NCBI GenBank assembly: GCA_030167865.1
Contig: JALAGF010003349.1
Location: forward strand, 1 to 37,771
Direction: 5' to 3'
Length of the DNA: 37,771 nt
Source: Craspedostauros australis
Taxonomy: Eukaryota
Positions 10,669 to 22,047 of the stretch are shown here, in pieces. A model generated the notes under the pieces. It worked only from the letters and a program-made list of their open reading frames with translations, was not told the DNA's origin and did not search any database. Within the stretch, counting starts at the first letter, position 1, and each line of letters opens with the position of its first letter. The translations under genes and the position numbers were made by a program.

Positions 10669-12930
10669 ATGAATCGTCTCCATCAAATGAAGCGCATTGC
10701 GCGCCCGACGATGTCCAGCCTGGCCCGCAGCAAGGGCGTCGCGGGCCATGCCGGATCGAAGTTGCAACTTCGGGGAATGTGCTCGTTCATGTCGCCAGAT
10801 GGTACCAGCACTTCACCGGTCATGCCGCCAGCCGTGCCGCCATCGATGCTGTCTTCGTGGTCATCGCAGCAAGCGCGTTTCCACAATCGACTGGATGGAA
10901 ACGGAGCAGTTCGTTCTGCTCGACCATTCTCCACAGCGGCCACAGCATCAGACGACCACCATGATGAAAATGGGAGTAACAAGAGTGACGATGACTCTCC
11001 GTTGAATGCACCGCGCGAACAGATGGCATTCGATGTGCTCATCGTCGGCGGTGGCCCTGCTGGATTGGCCGCCGCCATCCGTCTCAAGCAGCTCTGCCAG
11101 AAGGATGGTCAGGATCTTTCCGTCTGCGTCATTGAGAAAGGATCCGAGATTGGCGCTCACATCCTGTCGGGCAACGTCTTCGATCCCAAGGCTCTGCTGG
11201 AGCTCTTCCCGGATGAGTTCCAAGACGGCAACGACCATTGGTCCGATGTCATGCTTGCGGAACTGCCATCCTCCCACCAGGCCATGCCCACCCGCGTCAC
11301 AGACGACCAGTTCCGAATTCTCGCTTCATCCACCTCCGGTTTCACCGTCCCCAATGTGCTGCTGCCGTCTCAGCTGCACAACACGAATGGCAACTACATC
11401 ATCAGCCTCAGCCAGATGTGCCGCTGGCTTGGGCAGAGGGCGGAAGCGTTGGGAGTGGAGGTGTACGCAGGATTCGCTGCATCGGAGGTCCTCTACTACG
11501 ACGGCGGCGACGATCAGCATGGCGATGGCAGTGCCACATCGTCGTCACCAATGGGCGTCCGTGGTATTGCTACGCGGGATGTTGGAATCGGCAAGGATGG
11601 TGAGCCAAAGTCCACGTTCGAACGCGGCGTGGAACTGGTCGCTCGGCAGACCATCTTTGCCGAAGGCGCGCGCGGATCTTGTTCGGAATCCATCATGAAA
11701 GAACTCAACCTCCGAGAAGGGGCGGGTTCGTCCTCATCGAACCATCCTCAGACCTACGGGCTGGGCATCAAGGAGGTTTGGGAGGTCAATCCGGAGTCCA
11801 AGCATTTCCAACCGGGATTGGTGCAGCATACAGTCGGATTCCCATTGCAATCGTCGATCTTCGACAAGATTTTCGGTGGTTCCTTCATCTACCATCAAAA
11901 GCCAAATCTCGTTCTCGTGGGAACGGTCGTTGGGCTGGACTACGAGAATCCATACATCAACCCCTACAAGGAATTCCAGCTCCTCAAAACCCACGATTCC
12001 ATCCGCCCGCTCCTGGAGGAAGAGGAATCCACGTGCATCAGCTACGGAGCTCGTGTCCTCAATGAGGGAGGGTACCATTCCGTCCCCCAGCAGCTCTCCT
12101 TTCCTGGAGGCGCGCTCATCGGTTGCAGCGCGGGGTTCTTGAACGCCGTCAAGATCAAGGGCACCCACACGGCAATGAAATCAGGCATGGTCGCGGCAGA
12201 AACGATCTTCAAGTCCCTCTTGGAGGAAACCAGCCAAGACGGCAGCCCCGATGAAGCGGCCGCAGCACAACCAGTTGCCGTCGCGGAGACGGGCGAGTTG
12301 GATCCCGACTACGTTCCCCACCGCGTCAAGGATTATGATGCGAACATGAAACAGTCTTGGGTGTACGAGGAATTGTACCAAGTCAGGAACGTCCACCAGG
12401 CCTTCTCGAAGTGGGGCATTGGCATTGGAATGGTGTACACAGGCATCGCCACGCACATCACGAAGGGGCGAGAGCCGTGGACTCTGTCAGCCTCGACCAG
12501 TTCAGATGCCGACAATACGAAGCCGTCGCTTTCGTTCGACGAAGGCAGCATCAGCGGCAGGTACGCGCCTGCCGATAACAAGGTGACCTTTGACCTGCTG
12601 ACCAACCTGCAACGCAGCAACACGTACCATGAGGAGGACCAGCCTGCCCATTTGCGGATCAAGCCTGGCATGCTGAGCTGCCCTCGGGACGTCTCCTTGC
12701 AGACCTACGCCGGCCCCGAGCAGCGCTTTTGTCCTGCCAGCGTGTACGAATACGTCAACGACACGAGTGGCGGTGCTGACCCGTCATCAAGTGATGCTGC
12801 GAAACAAAAGCTGGTTATCAATGCGCAGAATTGCATCCATTGCAAATGCTGCAGCATCAAGATGCCGAAGGAGTACATCGATTGGACCGTCCCTGAGGGC
12901 GGTGGCGGTCCACAGTACCAGATCATGTAG
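10669..12930 (+). CDS. ETFDH: Electron transfer flavoprotein-ubiquinone oxidoreductase, mitochondrial
   Basis: Arg/Ser-rich presequence; FDVLIVGGGPAGLAAAIRLKQL; EKGSEIGAHILSGNV; FAEGARGS; QTYGLGIKEVWEV; KIKGTHTAMKSGMVAAE; Fe-S motifs RFCPASVYE and NAQNCIHCKCC; C-terminal VPEGGGGPQY. Intronless. Confidence 0.97.
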   Translation: MNRLHQMKRIARPTMSSLARSKGVAGHAGSKLQLRGMCSFMSPDGTSTSPVMPPAVPPSMLSSWSSQQARFHNRLDGNGAVRSARPFSTAATASDDHHDENGSNKSDDDSPLNAPREQMAFDVLIVGGGPAGLAAAIRLKQLCQKDGQDLSVCVIEKGSEIGAHILSGNVFDPKALLELFPDEFQDGNDHWSDVMLAELPSSHQAMPTRVTDDQFRILASSTSGFTVPNVLLPSQLHNTNGNYIISLSQMCRWLGQRAEALGVEVYAGFAASEVLYYDGGDDQHGDGSATSSSPMGVRGIATRDVGIGKDGEPKSTFERGVELVARQTIFAEGARGSCSESIMKELNLREGAGSSSSNHPQTYGLGIKEVWEVNPESKHFQPGLVQHTVGFPLQSSIFDKIFGGSFIYHQKPNLVLVGTVVGLDYENPYINPYKEFQLLKTHDSIRPLLEEEESTCISYGARVLNEGGYHSVPQQLSFPGGALIGCSAGFLNAVKIKGTHTAMKSGMVAAETIFKSLLEETSQDGSPDEAAAAQPVAVAETGELDPDYVPHRVKDYDANMKQSWVYEELYQVRNVHQAFSKWGIGIGMVYTGIATHITKGREPWTLSASTSSDADNTKPSLSFDEGSISGRYAPADNKVTFDLLTNLQRSNTYHEEDQPAHLRIKPGMLSCPRDVSLQTYAGPEQRFCPASVYEYVNDTSGGADPSSSDAAKQKLVINAQNCIHCKCCSIKMPKEYIDWTVPEGGGGPQYQIM

Positions 12931-13523
12931 AGGAAAAGCAGGAGCAACGGATGGTTCAAGTTGTGCCAGAAGAAGTCGGATTGGTCGGCGGAGCGAGGCA
13001 GCTTGTCACTCTGCAGGTGGTACTGCAGAGAGTAACACGCATTGTGCAAACAAATTAATAGATACAGACACATGTACATGTACAAACACAGATATAGATA
13101 TAGATGTGCACAAGTTTACATCCTGGAGGTGGAGGATGGCGTTCCGAAATCACTTGTCGTCCTGAATGTGGCCACAATCGGGCGCAGCGAAACGAAGAGA
13201 AAATGACATGGATATGGGGAGAGTGGTGTGTGTGTGTGTGGTAGCGATGATCATCGCTTCGTGGGTGCTATTTCTTCCTAGTACGGAGCCTATTGGTTTC
13301 CATGGTAGGCTTGAACGCCTTGCATTCGGCCAACCGCAACTGAACCTCCCGCGTTGCTTCGGATTGTTTCCATTTTCACCCAAGGACCCTCCCCAAGTCA
13401 TCCTAGCCATCCGATACACTGGTGGAGTGCGTACATGGTTATGGCATGGACCTTCAGAAGTGTATCGCGGCTGCATGGCAGAGTCCATCATTTGTATCAG
13501 GAGTATCAGTAGTATCAGGAGCA

Positions 13524-14324
13524 TCATACCATCTCGACCTCTTTGCTGGGAGCACCATCCACATGGGCCATCAATGGAAGAGTGGAGGCTTGATATGCAT
13601 CCGTATTGTCAATGCTGCCACTCTCCTCGCCATTGGAATCCACCCCGCCGTAAGATGGTTGTTGTTGCTGCTGTTCCTGCTGCAACACTTCGTTGATGGC
13701 ACGCACCATCGCATCTGGATCCTTGGGAGAACACGTGACTTCGAGCAGCATCTTGCCATCCTTCGTATTCTTGCGTTTGAGAATGACGCGGTGCTTGAAG
13801 TCGGTAGCAACATCCCATCGAAATCGTTTGTAGGTCTCTAGAAATGACGAATTCTTCTGCGCCGATTGTAGGTGATCGAACCGACAGATGCGAAATGGGG
13901 TGTCCACTTCCAGGACCGCATCCGAGAAGACACGATATCGGATGGGGTACAGGATAGCAATAAGAATCGAAAAGATGGTGCCAACCCATCCAAAGAAGTA
14001 CCTGGTCGAAGCCAAGGACGTCATATGGCCGTTGATGAAGTCCAGCGTGTCTTGGTCATGATAGTAGGCGGACTTTTGTTTCTTCCAATGATTAATCATG
14101 TACAAATAGAAGAAGTCGTTGCAGATGATCAATATCGGAAAGAAGATGAGGATCGGGTTTGTGTGCGACTTTGACGCAAAGATCAAGCGTCGGTTGCCTG
14201 TCGTCATGTTTGTTGTTGCAGTTGCAGTTGCTGTCGTTGCTGTCGTTGCAGTAGTTGCAGTAGTTGCAGTTGTTGCTGTGGCCTTTGCTATTGCGTTCGT
14301 TGTGGATGTGACTCTGGCCGTCAT
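13524..14324 (-). CDS. Hypothetical membrane protein: Thr/Ala repeat N-terminus, two hydrophobic helices, possible small PH-like beta domain
   Basis: 266-aa ORF. Hydrophobic segments PILIFFPILIICNDFFYLYMI and YFFGWVGTIFSILIAILYP, then globular PIRYRVFSD...ATDFKHRVILKRK...SPKDPDAMVRAI. The start may be the later Met (MTTGNRR). Confidence 0.7.
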   Translation of the reverse strand: MTARVTSTTNAIAKATATTATTATTATTATTATATATTNMTTGNRRLIFASKSHTNPILIFFPILIICNDFFYLYMINHWKKQKSAYYHDQDTLDFINGHMTSLASTRYFFGWVGTIFSILIAILYPIRYRVFSDAVLEVDTPFRICRFDHLQSAQKNSSFLETYKRFRWDVATDFKHRVILKRKNTKDGKMLLEVTCSPKDPDAMVRAINEVLQQEQQQQQPSYGGVDSNGEESGSIDNTDAYQASTLPLMAHVDGAPSKEVEMV

Positions 14325-15048
14325 GGCATCAACCGTTGGCTCTGCGTCCTGTTGTCGTTGTCGTTGTCGTTGTCGTTGCTGTTGTCGTTTTCGTTGTGGT
14401 GCTTAGCTGCGTTGCCGACCACCGCTGAGGCGCAGAGGATGATGAATGAGCAATGAGGAGGTCGTACGAATACTGTCGGGCAGAGAGTAGATCGTACGAC
14501 TACTCACATGCGCACACCTGTCTCTCTGCTTGTAGTGTCCTCTCTGTTTTTGTGTGGAAGAGCTGTCGAAGGAGGTTGGCGCTTCGGATCTTCCAGTGTG
14601 ACTTTGTCCGTTTTGGAACCACAACATTTGGGTGTTGTGCCACGACTCGTCCAAAGATACTGTTCACGTCTCAGAGAGCGTCACCTCGTTTGTTTCCTCG
14701 CATTGCAACGAGGAGGTAGGTGGAGAGAGGCAGAAGAGTGTCAATGTGATAATAGCTGCTGTCTACAGCCTGGAGGGAGGGAGGTAGCATAATCGACATG
14801 ACCGATTTCGCTGTTTGCTGCATCGCATTAGTTGTGCATAATGCCTTTTGTAGTATGTTTGCATGTCGCGGTGGAGTAGTGCGCTGGACTACTCCATGAC
14901 ATCTTCGAAATAGCAATAGTAATAGAGGAAACATCTAAAGTTGGCCGTACTACTCCTCGTACGAATAGTATATTATGGCTGTGTGCAATACTGGCTCGGT
15001 TGCTCTGGCTGACCGGGCCGCGGATCTGCGCAGCAACGCTGTGGAGTA

Positions 15049-16714
15049 TTATACGACGGCAGCATCGTGCTTCTCGCCAACCTGCTGGATCGAGGACACG
15101 GAATCCGAAGAGGCGGTGTTTGCACTCGGTGATGATGATGATGACGACGAACCGACCACCTCGCTCTCCATCAACCCCAAGTACGGCCTCCAGGACGAAT
15201 GGACCCTGCGCGGCAACATCTTCCCGGCAACCGCAGCTAGCTCGAACTGCGACGGCGTCTTGGGCGGGCGCTGCAGCTTCATGCCGACGCTGGGGAGGTT
15301 GGAGACGGGCATGGAACCCTTGCGACAGTTGCACTGCCGGCAGCAGGTGACCGCATTCTCCCATTCCAGCTTGCCGCCCATGCATCGTGGATGGACGTGA
15401 TCGAGGGTGAGATCGCGCGTCGCGAAGATATCGTCGCAGTACTGACAGCGGTACCTGTCGCGCAGATAGACGTTGCGCTTCGTGAAGGCCGGTTTGGTGT
15501 GGTGCAGGGGCACGTACTCCGTGAGGGCGATGACGGAGGGGACGGCGATCTCGAGGTTGGCGGCACGGACGGCGATATCGGGGTAGACATCCACGACGGT
15601 GACCTTGCCGCTGAAGATCGCCTTGACGGCCTCCTGCCAGCTCCACAGCGACAGCGGGAGGTAGGATAGCGGTTGGTAGTCGGCATTGAGAACGAGCGCT
15701 GGGTGGTGCGTGAGCTTCTTGAGGAATTCCGCCTGCGGGCTGGCCGGCTTGGACCGCTTGGCCACCGCTGTTTCATCTTCGCGCAAGATGCCTCCGGGGC
15801 CGTGCAGGTACAAGTGAGACACGTGGTCCGCCAGATCCTGCTCGGTGAGGAACTTTCGCGGCTTGCCTGACACAGCGGAGGTTTTCTTTCGCTGCTTCCT
15901 TTTGCTCTTCTTGTTGCCGCTCTTCTTACGTTGCTTCTTAATTTCAGCATTGGTGGTTGCGGAGGCGGAGGCGCTTGGCGTGGCTTGGAGTTTTTGTTGC
16001 AACAGCGCTGCGGTTGTAAATGCATGCCGTGTGTGTCGATGATGGGAGTTTTCCGACGTGAGATAATGGTGGACCAAGCAAACGAATCCGTCGCCAGGTC
16101 AATCGAGCATTGGTAAGGTAAGGTGAAGTATGGTATGGTGGGGGAGAACAGATTGGCATGAATCGCAGTATTTTGGGATCGTCCAATGCAAGACGTGCGG
16201 TGCGAGATGGATGGTGGGACCATGCATAATTCAAGGATGTGGTGAGATGCATGTGCAGAGTAATTGCGATTGGGAGGAAGATTTGAGACGTTGAAGTTCT
16301 GAGACGAAACGTCAGACCGGTTGCGATCGTCGATCGGCGGAACCACCGTGCGATGGTGGCCATCACATTCGTCATTGCCGTGGATGATCGCCATGCATGG
16401 TGGAATCCCTTGTGGTGAAAACGCCGGAGGTTACCATACTCGTACTCGTACGATTGATTGCAATTGGTACTTGCATGCTAGACCTTTGGGAGCAACCGCC
16501 ATGAATCCTTCTCGTGCATGATAATATCGAAACAAAGAGCACTCGCAGTCTTTTCAAAGCATCCGCATCTGAAGGAACGGAGAGGCCGAGTAACGGACTC
16601 ACCTTCTGTTGGTCGGCAACTTCCACTTTGAACCTTGAAGTGCGGCGATATCGGAGTGAAGGCGCCGCAGACACAGGAGCTGAGACATACGGATGCCACC
16701 ACAAGGAGGAACAT
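15049..16714 (-). CDS. HNH endonuclease (McrA-like, bacterial type) with predicted plastid bipartite presequence; exons 16714-16603 and 16007-15049, ~356 aa
   Basis: Core ALVLNADYQPLSYLPLSLWSWQEAVKA...PSVIAL...FTKRNVYLRDRYRCQYC...LTLDHVHPRCMGGKLEWENAVTCCRQCNCRKG. Upstream exon MFLLVVASVCLSSCVCGA-FTP ends at AAG|GTGAGT and splices in phase 1 to ACCGCAG|CG. The HNH core is high confidence; exon 1 is moderate. Confidence 0.85.
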
Positions 16715-16956
16715 TGAGGGGGGAGCGGAGACGGATGTGAAAGATCCCGTCCTTCTTCTCGTTCTTCCGTCACAAGCGGTGCCGTTCATCATACTCGTAG
16801 CGTCGATTTTGTTGCGTGTCTGTGATGCCATTGGTCGTTGGTCATTGGTCATTCAGAGGAGCCAGGTTTTGTGTGCACATGAGTACGAGTATGTATGGAT
16901 TGAGTACCATGGGCAGGGAGAAGGTAGAGAATGCAACGGCAAGCACAGATGCATGG

Positions 16957-16992
16957 GTGAGTGAGTGAGTGAGTGAGCGAGTGTGTGAGTGA
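16957..16992. repeat. (GAGT)n microsatellite upstream of the HNH gene
   Basis: gtgagtgagtgagtgagtgagcgagtgtgtgagtga. Confidence 0.75.
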
Positions 16993-17075
16993 CGGAAGGA
17001 GTGTGAGAGGATCGATGACGTCGAATCCGCTTCAGCTTTCTCCAGACTGCTCGTAGCATCCACAGCGTTGCGGAT

Positions 17076-17414
17076 TCAACTGCAGCATCGCACTCGCACC
17101 TTGCTGCCGATCTTTGCTGTTGCGTTGAATGGGCGACGGATGCGGTGCGAACTCCGTCTTCTGTTGATTGTGTTTGCTCCTGTTGATGTTAGTGGTGATC
17201 CTGACGATTCGTCACGGATTGTGTCTTCCTCTTCTTCGTCTCCGTCTGGTCCACTGCACACACGACAGAACTTAACGCAATACCCCCAAACAGCGGCGCT
17301 GCCCAAGGCGGAGCTCGTCCACGCAATACTTGCTCTGCACTCTTCCGCCATCTGAAGTGAAGCGTTGATGACAACAAAGAACAAGAACAACGCCAACAGC
17401 AGCAACAACCCCAT
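17076..17414 (-). CDS. Possible small membrane or secreted protein (112 aa)
   Basis: ATG-initiated MGLLLLLALFLFFVVINASLQ followed by acidic (DGDEEEED) and basic patches. No recognised motif; the hydrophobic start could be a by-product of AAC-rich low-complexity sequence. Confidence 0.25.
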   Translation of the reverse strand: MGLLLLLALFLFFVVINASLQMAEECRASIAWTSSALGSAAVWGYCVKFCRVCSGPDGDEEEEDTIRDESSGSPLTSTGANTINRRRSSHRIRRPFNATAKIGSKVRVRCCS

Positions 17415-19085
17415 TTGGAGAAGAACAACGAACAACGAACAACGACGAGAAGCACAGCACGAAACGAACAGACACAAGAAATCCAACAAGCAAAATGACA
17501 CCTGTCCAAAATGTCAAAAAGGAATCTTTCAGTCGACTCGTTCGATCGACTCGAACAAACAGACAGACACAGACTCTCTCCTGAGAGATAGAGGAGAACC
17601 TTTGTCCTCAACACAATCAAATCGCCTCTCTGGAAAGAGCTCAATCTTAGGAAATCACTTTAAAATGTGGCTAGAGTACATGATTTCTTCCTCTTCCATC
17701 CTTCAGAGAGATGGAATTTATCGTATACCGCAGAGATGCATGTGCCGAAGGTGTCTTGCTTCGTGAGAGGTCTACGGAAACAGAAATGTCAAGCAAGAGG
17801 TCTTCTTGGAGGAGCTCGTGACGCGTTGGGTTGATGACGTCAACCATTCGCACAGTTCTGATTCGCGACCACTGCGAATCAACCATGATGACAACGTTCG
17901 CCAATTGTCGCGTGTCAACGTCAACAAGATCTTCTGATGTCGGTGTCAACTTCCAAGTTGGTGAAGTTGCCTGTGTCGCAGTTATTGTACACACAGAGGA
18001 GAGCACTTGCTGAACACTCTCGTTTCCCTCGTTGCAATGTTCCACGTCCACACTCGCGGAGGACCCGCGCCAGAACTCGTTCCAATCTTTATGGTGGTCG
18101 TACCTGCTCTGCTCCGCATCTACTATATTTCCAGAGTAAACCTGAGGCCTGACGCAATGCTCTCAGCATAAACTCCAATCATGTTGGTTTGCATTTTGGT
18201 TCCGTCCGATCTTCGGTTGACCACACCGACTGAAACAATCGTGAACAAACGGATCAGTGACCCACGAGGTCCTTGTATGTATGATTCACAATTTGTCTAT
18301 TGTTTGGTCTGTGCATCGCCTGGAACCAGTGTCATTCCCGCGAAACAAACGGAGAAGCGATAGCAGTTTGAATCGTGATCAACCACACGAATTAACGTCT
18401 TTTTACCGCCATAATGTGCAACCAAGAGAGTTGGACTTTTTGAAACGGAGACAGCATTTTGCACGAATCAAAAACGACCAAGACGAGAACAGTCGCGCCG
18501 GTGACGCCTCAAGGAAGGAAGCACGATCCATCGCTCACTTGGGCATACCGCTATTGCTCGTAACAAGACCGATGATGGCGTGTCTGCGCGAGGTTGACCG
18601 TAACGGTAACCGTCAAAGTTGGTCGTTGTGGTCGTGGCTGTGGTCAGTGGTGGCGTTGATGATTGTTGGGAACAAAAGAACACGACTTGCGACAGGATCA
18701 TAAAATTGCAAAGCCAACGAACGTGTCGTTGGGCAGTTGTCATTGGAAAGCAGAAAGGAAAAGGAGGCAACTGAAGCCAAAGATCAGAAAGACATCGACC
18801 TCAGGGAGACGACTCTGCCATCTTGTGTCCATTTTGGGCTCTTCTGGGTTTGTGCATAGATCGAATACGACGAGCTGGTGAAGCCATCATTCGGTGCCCA
18901 ATCCACAATTCTCAATCCACGCTCTCCTGATTGTGCATCAAGTGCTACTACAGGTGATACAGCACTCCAGGAGCAGACCGATAGAAGCACCCTGCGAAGA
19001 CACCTGCAACTACAAGTACCACGACGAGCATTGGTATTCCATTCATATTAGCACGAACACATTATAATCAAAAGCAAAGGCAACG

Positions 19086-21659
19086 ATGGACTACGACACC
19101 AAACTGACGATCATCTGGTGGACATGCGCCTTTCTGACGGTGCTCTCCGGCGCCTGGATCCTGCGCATCCTCATCGAGATCGAGCTCAACAAGTCCATGC
19201 TCTTTGACAACAAGCTGGAGCTCTCCATGGAGGATGAGTCTGCGACTGCTGCTGGCAATGCCACTGGCAGCACTGCTGCTGCTGCTGGCGGCAATGCCGA
19301 TGCATCCATGTCCAAGGCCAACGGTCCGAAGGGCGCCTCCAGCGGCAAGATGGAAGCGGCAGAGTCGCTGCCTGCGGACGAGCTGGACGACCCGGAGAAC
19401 AAGGTGACGCCCATCCGTCGCAGACGCGTCTCCCGATCCTTCAAGATCATGCAGATCTCCACCGTCTCCTGCCTCGTCTTCATCAACTACCTCCTGCTCG
19501 TCACCACGCAGGCACCCGTCTGGCTCAGCACCATCGGCATGGCCTGCGTCCTCTCCATGTTCCTGCGCTTCCAGATCGGCGAGGAGCTGCGTCGTCGGCG
19601 CGTGGATCGTCTGGGCCTCATCTTCACCCTCTTCCTGTGGATCGCCGGCCTCCTCAGCCTGGCAACCTACGCCACCAAGACCTACAAGCAGGGGGAGATC
19701 TACGAGGGACCAGCGCGCATCGTGGACTACGATCAGACCAGCTACATGAACAGCCACAACGACCCCATCACGCGTTCCGATGTCGTCGTCGAGTTCGGGG
19801 ATTGGTGGGCCTGCCCGCTCACCGGTTCCGTCTGCCGCAGCGACGTGCAGGGAGTGCTGTGCCAAGCCGATGTCGACGGTACGGAAGAGGGGGATGAGAT
19901 TGAAGAGGAAAATGAGGAAGCCAATCTAATGGAGAATGGTGGAGTTCGCAAGCGCCAGCGACGACAGCGCAAGCGACGACAACGCAGACGCCGTGTTGCA
20001 TCGTCTTCTTCTTCTTCCTCGTCGACAACAACAACAACTGCTGCATCCACCACAACGACAGCAGCATCCGGCAACAACGATGCCTCGGACACTCAATCCG
20101 AAACTCTGGAACAGCAGAATGAAGATCTGCAAAAGCAAAACGAGGAACTGCAGAAGGAACTCGATGGTGCGTATCGGCCATATGTGGGAATTGCATCCAT
20201 CCCTTGCGTACTGAAAGACTGATCGTATCGCCAAGTGTCGTGAGTATCAACCAACCAACCAACCACCTCACAGCAACAACCTTTCTTTCTCTCTTCTTCT
20301 TTACATCTCATTCTTTTCATTTCATTCCAAATATCGCTTGTTGGGACGTGTCACATGCAGACATGAAGCAAGAGGAACAGGAGGTGGAGCAGAATGCGGA
20401 CGAAGAGGTGGACATGATGGAAGACGAAGTCGCAAATGCTTATGACGAGGAAGACGCAGTTGTCGACCAAGGTACGGAGTAGGCCTGGTTGATCGTTCCT
20501 GTTCTCGCTCTATCTTCCGTCACTAAAGGCGCGTGCCTGTATACCTGAACGCCTCCATCTCACCTCCCACTGCTGTTATGCTCTTGTCAATCACATTCGC
20601 CGATGTGCCGTTCCGCCGATGATAGTCTACAACGGGGAAATGGATGAGAACGAGGCCATTGATCAGGAGATGGAAAACTCCATTGACGAAAGTGAAGCAA
20701 TCATCGAAGAGGAAGAGGACGAAGGTAAGTCTCTATGTTTCCTGCAATTCGTACAAGCACTTGTGCGCTCACAACTCAAGACTGGTGCTCGCATCACCTG
20801 CCTCAACTCACACTATTTTCCTAAACTCCAATTTGCTTCACTTCCTGTCAAATAGACCTTCAATATGTCAAGGAATACGACGACTCAATCAACGCCACTG
20901 CGGCGCAAGAACAAGAAGACGTCGCAGCAACTGAGGAAGGTAAGTTCTTCTCGTTTGTTTTCATGTTGTCTATACTATTTCTGATTGTTGCGGAGAGTGT
21001 AAATGAATTCGCGTCCTGCCTATCTTCTCTGGCCAAACCTACCACAATCCACCAACCAAGTAACGAGATGTGATGTGATGTCTGTCCACTGACCCTCCCA
21101 TTCGATTCCCTGTGTTTTTCGCTACACAACACACCACAACGGTTCCACATGCGAAGCTTACGACGAATATGAAGAGGAGGTCGTCGAAGATGTGGAGGAC
21201 GAGTACGAAGAGCAAAAGATGTTCGACGACGACTATGGGTGGGAATACAACGACTACACCACGTACATTTACGAAGACGACTACTATGAGGACGCGTACT
21301 GGGACTACGATTGGGATGGAGCGTGGGGTGAATACGGATGCCAGGATTTGTTCGAGACGGATATGGGAGCAGCGTCGTATGACTCAAGGACGAGAGCCGG
21401 CGAAGACGATTGGCCGACCATCCAGGTCTACGGCAGCTGCAAAACATGCAATGCGTACGTGCTGGATTACTTTGCGGAGAAGAACTTCAAGGAGGTGCAG
21501 TTTTACAAGACGCAAGCGTTCTTGCACTTCGCCGCCGCAGCCGGGGCCGCTATTTTCACGGTGCTGGCGTATCTCCGTCATCGTGTGGCCCCAACCGCCG
21601 AGAATGAGATCGAACTGCTTTCCAGCGACAGCGCCGGTGGCGGCGGGGTGCTGGCCTAG
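19086..21659 (+). CDS. Multi-pass membrane protein with a large Cys-bounded acidic loop; exons 19086-20166, 20361-20471, 20626-20724, 20856-20939, 21157-21659, ~625 aa
   Basis: Four phase-1 GT-AG introns (GTGCGT, GTACGG, GTAAGT, GTAAGT donors) give one continuous frame. About four N-terminal TM helices, a Cys-containing segment (WWACPLTGSVC...LC), poly-Arg, a Ser/Thr tract, a very long D/E-rich region, a second Cys segment (YGCQDL...YGSCKTC) and a C-terminal TM helix. Confidence 0.8.
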
Positions 21660-22047
21660 AGAGCACATTGCGAAAGTGCATGCGCAACCGCGCGTAAAGT
21701 GCGATCCCAAAGACGCAACCGAATGAGTTGGCCGCACGTCAAACACTGTGATCCATTTGGCTGAACAAGCAGATCCATATCCGGAAGAACGTTGCCTTTC
21801 TCGGGAGCATACTCTTGCGAGTAATCTGCTCCAATAGAATCCTACGAATATTGTACAAACGTTGTTGGGACGTTGGTCATTGCGCCGCGAACTGCAAGTA
21901 TTCTTTGCGGAGGTGCATTGGTATTGGTATTCATACCGTTACGAATAGAGAGCATCGTGTGTAGTGACACATGTCAGGAGAGTAGAATAATATTTACATC
22001 ATGTGCGCAAAGCTGGTAGTACAATCACGAGTATGGTCGTGCGTGTG

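Noticed and set aside
15049-16077. HNH as part of a mobile element (homing endonuclease, IscB/Cas9-like or retroelement-linked)
   Set aside because: No RuvC motifs, flanking self-splicing intron, terminal repeats or CRISPR array; it looks like a domesticated host gene.
15279-16394. 371-aa alternative-frame ORF overlapping the HNH gene
   Set aside because: Ser/Pro/Arg-rich off-frame translation plus predicted intron sequence; the HNH frame carries all conserved motifs.
17835-17842. Isolated TGACGTCA palindrome
   Set aside because: A single site over 1 kb from any confident start codon; compatible with chance.
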